From NCBI GenBank assembly GCA_965637545.1, contig OZ281494.1, forward strand, positions 5,084,001 through 5,148,000: a stretch of DNA of 64,000 bases. Reading direction: 5' to 3'. How positions within the stretch are numbered: position 1 is the stretch's first letter; each line of letters begins with the position of its first letter. This document shows positions 62,801 to 64,000 of this stretch, in pieces. The notes beneath the pieces were generated by a model that saw only the letters and a list, made by a program, of their open reading frames with translations, did not search any database and was not told where the DNA came from. The position numbers and the translations under genes are program-made. Source of the DNA: Phallusia mammillata. Lineage: Eukaryota.

Positions 62801-63954
62801 TGTGTGCAACGTATATCTTTATCTGATAGGTTTGATTCGTTGGGATCGGGTAGCGACTTTACAGCATTCATTCAAGCCATTGGGATTTCGGCACTGGACT
62901 TATACCACGATTACGACGGGGTTTGTGAAGCACATATGCATATAAAACAATACTTAAAAGTATTAAAAACTTTATCAAACACAACTTTGCTTTGTCCAGA
63001 GCATCGGTCTAGCTTCGTATCCAGTCTACCACTCCGTTTATGAAACGTTCAGCCTAGTTACAAATTTTGTCGATCCTGATTTCCACTGCCACCTAGCGAT
63101 GGCTCGAATTTGGGCAGAAACTGGAAGAAGGCTGGCAGAATCAACTATTTTACCAATTGATGCTACGCTTTATGCTGAAGACCTCAAAGAAAAGTTCGAC
63201 TCCTTAAAAACTTATTACGGTGTGTCAATGGAAAATCAAGCCATTGATTTAGGTAGGAGGTTCAAAAAGTTAGAAAAACATTTTTTAATATTATTTTCCC
63301 TATATCAAAACTTGTTTTCTAGTTGCCAAATAATTTTCGCTTTTGTCCAACCGAGTTGCCTCTACGTTGGCTTAGTCACCTCTTACGAGAAGCAACACTT
63401 AGCTCTCTATTTCATAAAATATAAGTCAACGTGTTTAAGTACTTTTACAGGTCAGTTGGAAAAAGCCATTGCACAATTCACTTCATCAGCAAATGAACTA
63501 CACACAAGAATCAACAACCTAGATAAAACAGAGTAAGCTAAATGTGCTGGTCTTTGCTGCGGTATTCTATGTTACGTTGTCTTCCATTTCAGCACTGTAG
63601 CAGTGAGAGTAGTAAACGATCAACTGATGCAACTGGAACGAGCTTTCATTGATCAAAATCCATTACCTGGAAGAACTTCTTACAGGTGAAAAACCTAATT
63701 GGTTCAAACACAACCTTGCTAAGATTGGAACTCTCAACCCTTATACTTTGTTTGGTCATTTCAGACACGTTATATCAGCACCCAGTCAGCACAACACTTA
63801 CGGCAACACAGCTTTTCCTGGAATCGTGGACGCCATGTTTGATATTGACGATGGTGACACAGAAGCATGGGACGAAGTGAAAAGACAATATTCGATCGTT
63901 GTGTTTCATGTCCTTTCTGCTGCTACAACTCTTAAACCAGTTGTACCCGTTTGA
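59898..63954 (+). pseudogene. FOLH1/NAALAD2-like: Glutamate carboxypeptidase II-like copy B, same exon layout, in-frame TAA in exon 3 (null allele or young pseudogene)
   Basis: Exon 3 begins AAT GAT TAA GTT TAC (TAA at 60558-60560) where copy A has GAT GAT TTG GTT TAC. The other exons checked splice in frame and the Zn ligands are retained. Confidence 0.78.
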
Positions 63955-64000
63955 AAACCAAATCTTTTGTCAGTTATAACAAATGCAGTTGTTTGTTATA

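Overview
AT-rich animal genomic DNA with short GT-AG introns and many eukaryotic transposons. An invertebrate such as an ascidian fits, but the species cannot be determined here. About 1-52.8 kb holds a tandem array of five paralogues of a large gene (predicted 1470 aa when intact). It fuses an N-terminal helical region, a Pol-beta-superfamily nucleotidyltransferase with a G-x11-D-x-E motif (GlnD/GlnE/DUF294/DrrA-like rather than cGAS/OAS-like), a helical substrate-binding-type domain and a long TPR-like solenoid. About 90% of the CDS sits in one ~3.9-kb exon behind a conserved 16-nt first coding exon. Only copy 4 (39781-44758) looks intact; the other four are disabled by different lesions and show patchwork similarity. 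The spacers contain a Penelope relic with a minimal hammerhead ribozyme, duplicated Gypsy relics, a 7.1-kb hAT element with two nested insertions, a young RTE LINE, a solo LTR, several Buster/Charlie-type MITEs and a perfect 34x 7-mer array. The last 10 kb carry two tandem 13-exon glutamate carboxypeptidase II (M28B)-like genes; the second has an in-frame TAA. The best candidate for an undescribed system is the rapidly evolving NTase-TPR family. Its function is inferred, not shown.
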